A DNA stretch of 64,000 bases from Rhynchopus sp. YZ270_cl-10 (Eukaryota), in NCBI GenBank assembly GCA_964035575.1, contig OZ037844.1:992001-1056000 (forward strand), written 5' to 3'. Position numbers and translations under genes: made by a program. The notes under the pieces are model-generated. The model saw only the letters and a list, made by a program, of their open reading frames with translations, was not told the origin of the DNA and searched no databases. Positions 60,610 to 64,000 of the stretch are shown here, piece by piece (position 1 is the stretch's first letter; every line of letters starts with the position of its first letter).

Positions 60610-61341
60610 TTTTTTTTTTTTGAAAACTTTTTTTTTACCATTCCTTTTCAGAGAACGGAGCAATGTACGGCCCTGGAAGCTCCAAGAAAATGGAGTCGGC
60701 GGGCTTAATAGGAAGTTGCCTTTCCTAAATGTGCACACACAACTGGCAAAAAAAGGGGAGGTGTCGTCACTCACCTATATCATTGAAATAGCATTGCTTA
60801 CCAATGGTAAGCTTCAATATTGTTGTCCCCACCTTTTTTTTTGTATCGTCAAAAAGGGGCATTGTCCACTGACGACAATCCCACTGAGATTATTAGGGGA
60901 CTCTGTTTTTTTGAAGATAACATTTTTCGAAGAAGCTGGAGGGAGAAAAATACCCCCTTTTAAAAACAATGAACGGCTTCCTAATCGAGCGTGAACGTTT
61001 CTAACCAACCAGATGCACATTATCTGGTAGCTCATACAACACCGCACACCTTGCGCCCAGGGCCATATTCTGCGCAAGAATTACCTTCACTAGGCATTAC
61101 AACACCGCACACACCCTTTGAACCCCAACCCCCATAGCCCTTTCCCCATCCCTTACCCCCTTGTTTGTATCACGTTTTTGTTTTTTTTTTTTTTTTTTTT
61201 ATTCCTACAAGCGTAGCTTAAAGGAGAAATAGTTCCTCAGATACGGTCGCCAATCACCCCTCAAACAGGGTAATTGTGCAATCAACGAAAAAACCTTTTT
61301 TCCTTTTACTTACCTATCAGAGTTACTATTTTTGTTTTTTT

Positions 61342-61389
61342 GAAAACTTGGTTGTATTAGTGTAGACACCCGAGGATGAACTCTACTAT
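61342..61389 (-). mobile_element. 48-nt hairpin element, subfamily B
   Basis: One substitution relative to 58800-58847. Confidence 0.75.
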
Positions 61390-62390
61390 TTTTTTTTTTT
61401 TGAAAACTTGGAAAAATCACGTGTCGCAACAGAATATATCCACGCCACGCCCACCCTCCGCCCAACTTACTTCCATTTCGCGGTCTACGTTGAGATGTCC
61501 TACTCCCGCTACCGCTCGTCAGTCAACGAAACGGGTATAATTGGAACACAAGGGAGCAAATCCTTGTGCGAAGTAAGTGACTCGGTCTCGAGTAATATAA
61601 AAAATGTTTGATTTTAACCTATCCTTTCGACAATAAAAAAAACTGTGGTTGATGCAGGCACCGACTGACCCACGATGCCAGCCATCCGGATGAAAGCACA
61701 ATCACCCTGCGGCCTATAATAAAATAAAGAACCCCATATGTATGATACAAGCTGGAAAGGACCTCGGAAACACAGTACAATTCTTTTGTGGTTATGAACG
61801 CCATGAAGCTGCCAGATTTTAAAATGAGAGTTGCTATTGAAATACCAACACGGTAGCCTTTTAAAAGGTTGAAAATAGTATTTTCATCATACTATCAATA
61901 AATTGATAGTATATGGTGAGGGATCAACAAAAATATTCCCATCTTTCTTAAATGCAAATAGAAATGCAAAAAACGGAACGCCCATATGCACAAAAATAGC
62001 CCATATTGGCCATATCCTGTTTTTTTTTTGGGGGTGCCCATATTGGCAGCTGCCCATAGTAGGGGAGTTCCATCTATGAAAATGCATTGATCTCATCTTA
62101 GTATACAGAGGTGGATCAATGCACTAAAATAGCCGAAAGAAAGAACCTTTGACCTCTTGTTCAAAAAATAAAGAAAAAAAAACCCCCACACACACACCAC
62201 AGGGTTTCCGCCAAGGGGGTGTCGGTGGGGGCCCTGCTCACCCCAAATCTTTTTTTTCCAGAAAAATCCGGATTTCAAACAAAAAAAAAAACCATGAAGG
62301 GCTAGAAATTTGACTGCATATTATAGTATCGCTTCAGCATCGGTGATCACCCCTGTCAAGGAACAACGTACTGTTTCTTTTTTTTTTTTT

Positions 62391-62438
62391 GCAAACTTGG
62401 TTGTATTAGTGTAGCCACCCTAGAGTGTGCTCCACTAT
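62391..62438 (-). mobile_element. 48-nt hairpin element, subfamily A
   Basis: One substitution relative to 2368-2415; preceded by a T run. Confidence 0.75.
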
Positions 62439-62760
62439 GTGTTTGTTCTCGCTTCGCTAAGTCACTTCGGGATCGTCCCAACCTGTAGAGATAAAATAGT
62501 GTTGATAGGATGTTGTGTCTCTGGCGTTCACATGGTTACTACTGTATTGTCGTGATTGTTTTGGATAAGATTTGCTTATCAGTCCGATAGATCCTCTTGT
62601 CTGTTCGTCCTGGTCTTGACAACATAACCCAAGAAAACGTAACAAAACGTGGAAAAAAAAGGGCGACAGTGACCTAGAAATGACATTCTCATTCTGGGGG
62701 AATTTTTTTGAAAACCGGGGAAAACTAAAAGGTTTTTGTGATAAAACGCTATAGAGATCC

Positions 62761-64000
62761 CTACCCCCTTCCCCTTAACATACACTTATCTTCCAAGACC
62801 TCTGCTAGGGAAGGACGTTTTGCTGGGTCTGGATGGATGCAGCGCAGCACTAATGAATGAAACGCACTCTTCTCTATGTCCGCAAGGGACTCCGGCGGGG
62901 TTCCCTTCAGCTTCAGCTGGACAAGCTTGACCGGGTTCTTTGCCTCTTGGTAGGGAGAGCGTGCGGTCAGCATTTCCAATATCAACAGCCCAAAGCAGTA
63001 GATGTCCGCACGGAAGTCAAAGTCATCATCAAACTGTTCTGGCGCGAGATATGCTTCCAGGTTGTGCGGATCAACGATTTTGATCGTAAACTCGCCTTTC
63101 ATCGGCAGCAACACCGACATTGCAATACCAAGCCGTAAATTCCCATCTGTCATTGCGTGCACATAATATGGATTCACCCTACGGTGCAACACATTCCCTT
63201 CATGAGCTACTGCGAGCGCTTCTCCTATACGTTTCGCCTGCAACCTCACAGCACCCTCCGAATACGCACCCTTCTGCAACAACGAATGCAACGTACCACA
63301 GTACTGTCCATCTGTTACCCAGTAAACCTTGTCAATACCGTTTTCCCAGACCTCTCTGCATGAGACCAACCCAGGGTGGGTCAATGAAAGCATTGTGGAT
63401 TGGATATCAGCGGTGAGCATCGGCTTTGTGTAGGCCACCTTCCCAACCTCCACCTCATGCATGGTTACCGTCTGGGAGGTGTCCTTCACGGTCCCGAGAT
63501 ACGCGGTGTGGCAACGATCTGTTATCGTGATAGAGCCTCTGGTGTACCCGGCTTCGTGGAGAAGGTAGGTGGCGTACAGCTCGCGGCGCCATTCTTCGAC
63601 GTCCATATCAAGTTGTGCCGCCCCTGCTGTGATCGTTTCTGGAAAAACCCAATCATCGGCGGGCTGCAACGTATCATTGTGGTTTGCTTGGGAGAGTCCG
63701 TGCTGTAATAATAACGTTACCCCCATATCCGCAAGCTCTCTCTTCACCACCCGAGATATCCCTGTACTCACCAACTCTGGGGTGAGAGGTGTCGGTGCGG
63801 CTGCATCCTGCAGTTCTCTTAGTAAAGGCGCGAACACCGCATGAGAAAGCAACTCTGCTGCAGACGGCCGTTCCGACGCGTTTTTGTTGACACATTGTTG
63901 CACAAAATCTTTGTATTCTGGGGTCAAGCTTTGATTGGCGAAGAGCTCCCTAAGAGGCGGATCACCTTTTAGTGTCATTGCCATCACCTTCATTGGGGGA
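62761..64000 (-). CDS. Tandem kinase-domain protein, C-terminal part: end of one kinase domain followed by a WNK/NRBP-like pseudokinase domain
   Basis: FVQQCVNKNASERPSAAELLSH (subdomain XI), then a second domain with VLHRRVN, YLAPEQF, DIYCFGLLILEMLT..PY and RCIHPDPAKRPS. The 5' part lies beyond the window. Confidence 0.85.
   Translation of the reverse strand, partial: PPMKVMAMTLKGDPPLRELFANQSLTPEYKDFVQQCVNKNASERPSAAELLSHAVFAPLLRELQDAAAPTPLTPELVSTGISRVVKRELADMGVTLLLQHGLSQANHNDTLQPADDWVFPETITAGAAQLDMDVEEWRRELYATYLLHEAGYTRGSITITDRCHTAYLGTVKDTSQTVTMHEVEVGKVAYTKPMLTADIQSTMLSLTHPGLVSCREVWENGIDKVYWVTDGQYCGTLHSLLQKGAYSEGAVRLQAKRIGEALAVAHEGNVLHRRVNPYYVHAMTDGNLRLGIAMSVLLPMKGEFTIKIVDPHNLEAYLAPEQFDDDFDFRADIYCFGLLILEMLTARSPYQEAKNPVKLVQLKLKGTPPESLADIEKSAFHSLVLRCIHPDPAKRPSLAEVLEDKCMLRGRG

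Overview
Eukaryotic, repeat-rich window, probably from a euglenozoan protist such as a diplonemid. This is inferred from co-oriented host genes, trypanosomatid-like receptor adenylate cyclases, canonical GT-AG introns and a spliced-leader-like relic. The left half (1-32.5 kb) is a dispersed tandem array of five intronless minus-strand membrane adenylate cyclase genes plus one 3' fragment. Their N-termini and cyclase domains are near-identical, while the multi-TM region is hypervariable and mosaic. The spacers hold nested non-autonomous DNA transposons (7-bp, 8-bp, TAA and TA target duplications read directly from the sequence) and a decayed tyrosine-recombinase-class RT/RNase H retroelement. 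The middle (32-46 kb) has long perfect tandem repeats, a decayed Helitron-like PIF1 helicase and a candidate retrocopy. The right part has four minus-strand genes: a two-exon ~1390-aa helical protein, a four-exon App1-like HAD phosphatase, a 378-aa unknown protein and a kinase/pseudokinase running off the window. The most novel-looking signals are a fixed-length 48-nt hairpin plus A-tail element in about 9 copies, and one copy of it that ends an SL-relic + ORF unit flanked by a short direct repeat. Together they suggest a minimal retroposon that can mobilise trans-spliced mRNA. All alignments and folds were done by eye; no database searches were run.
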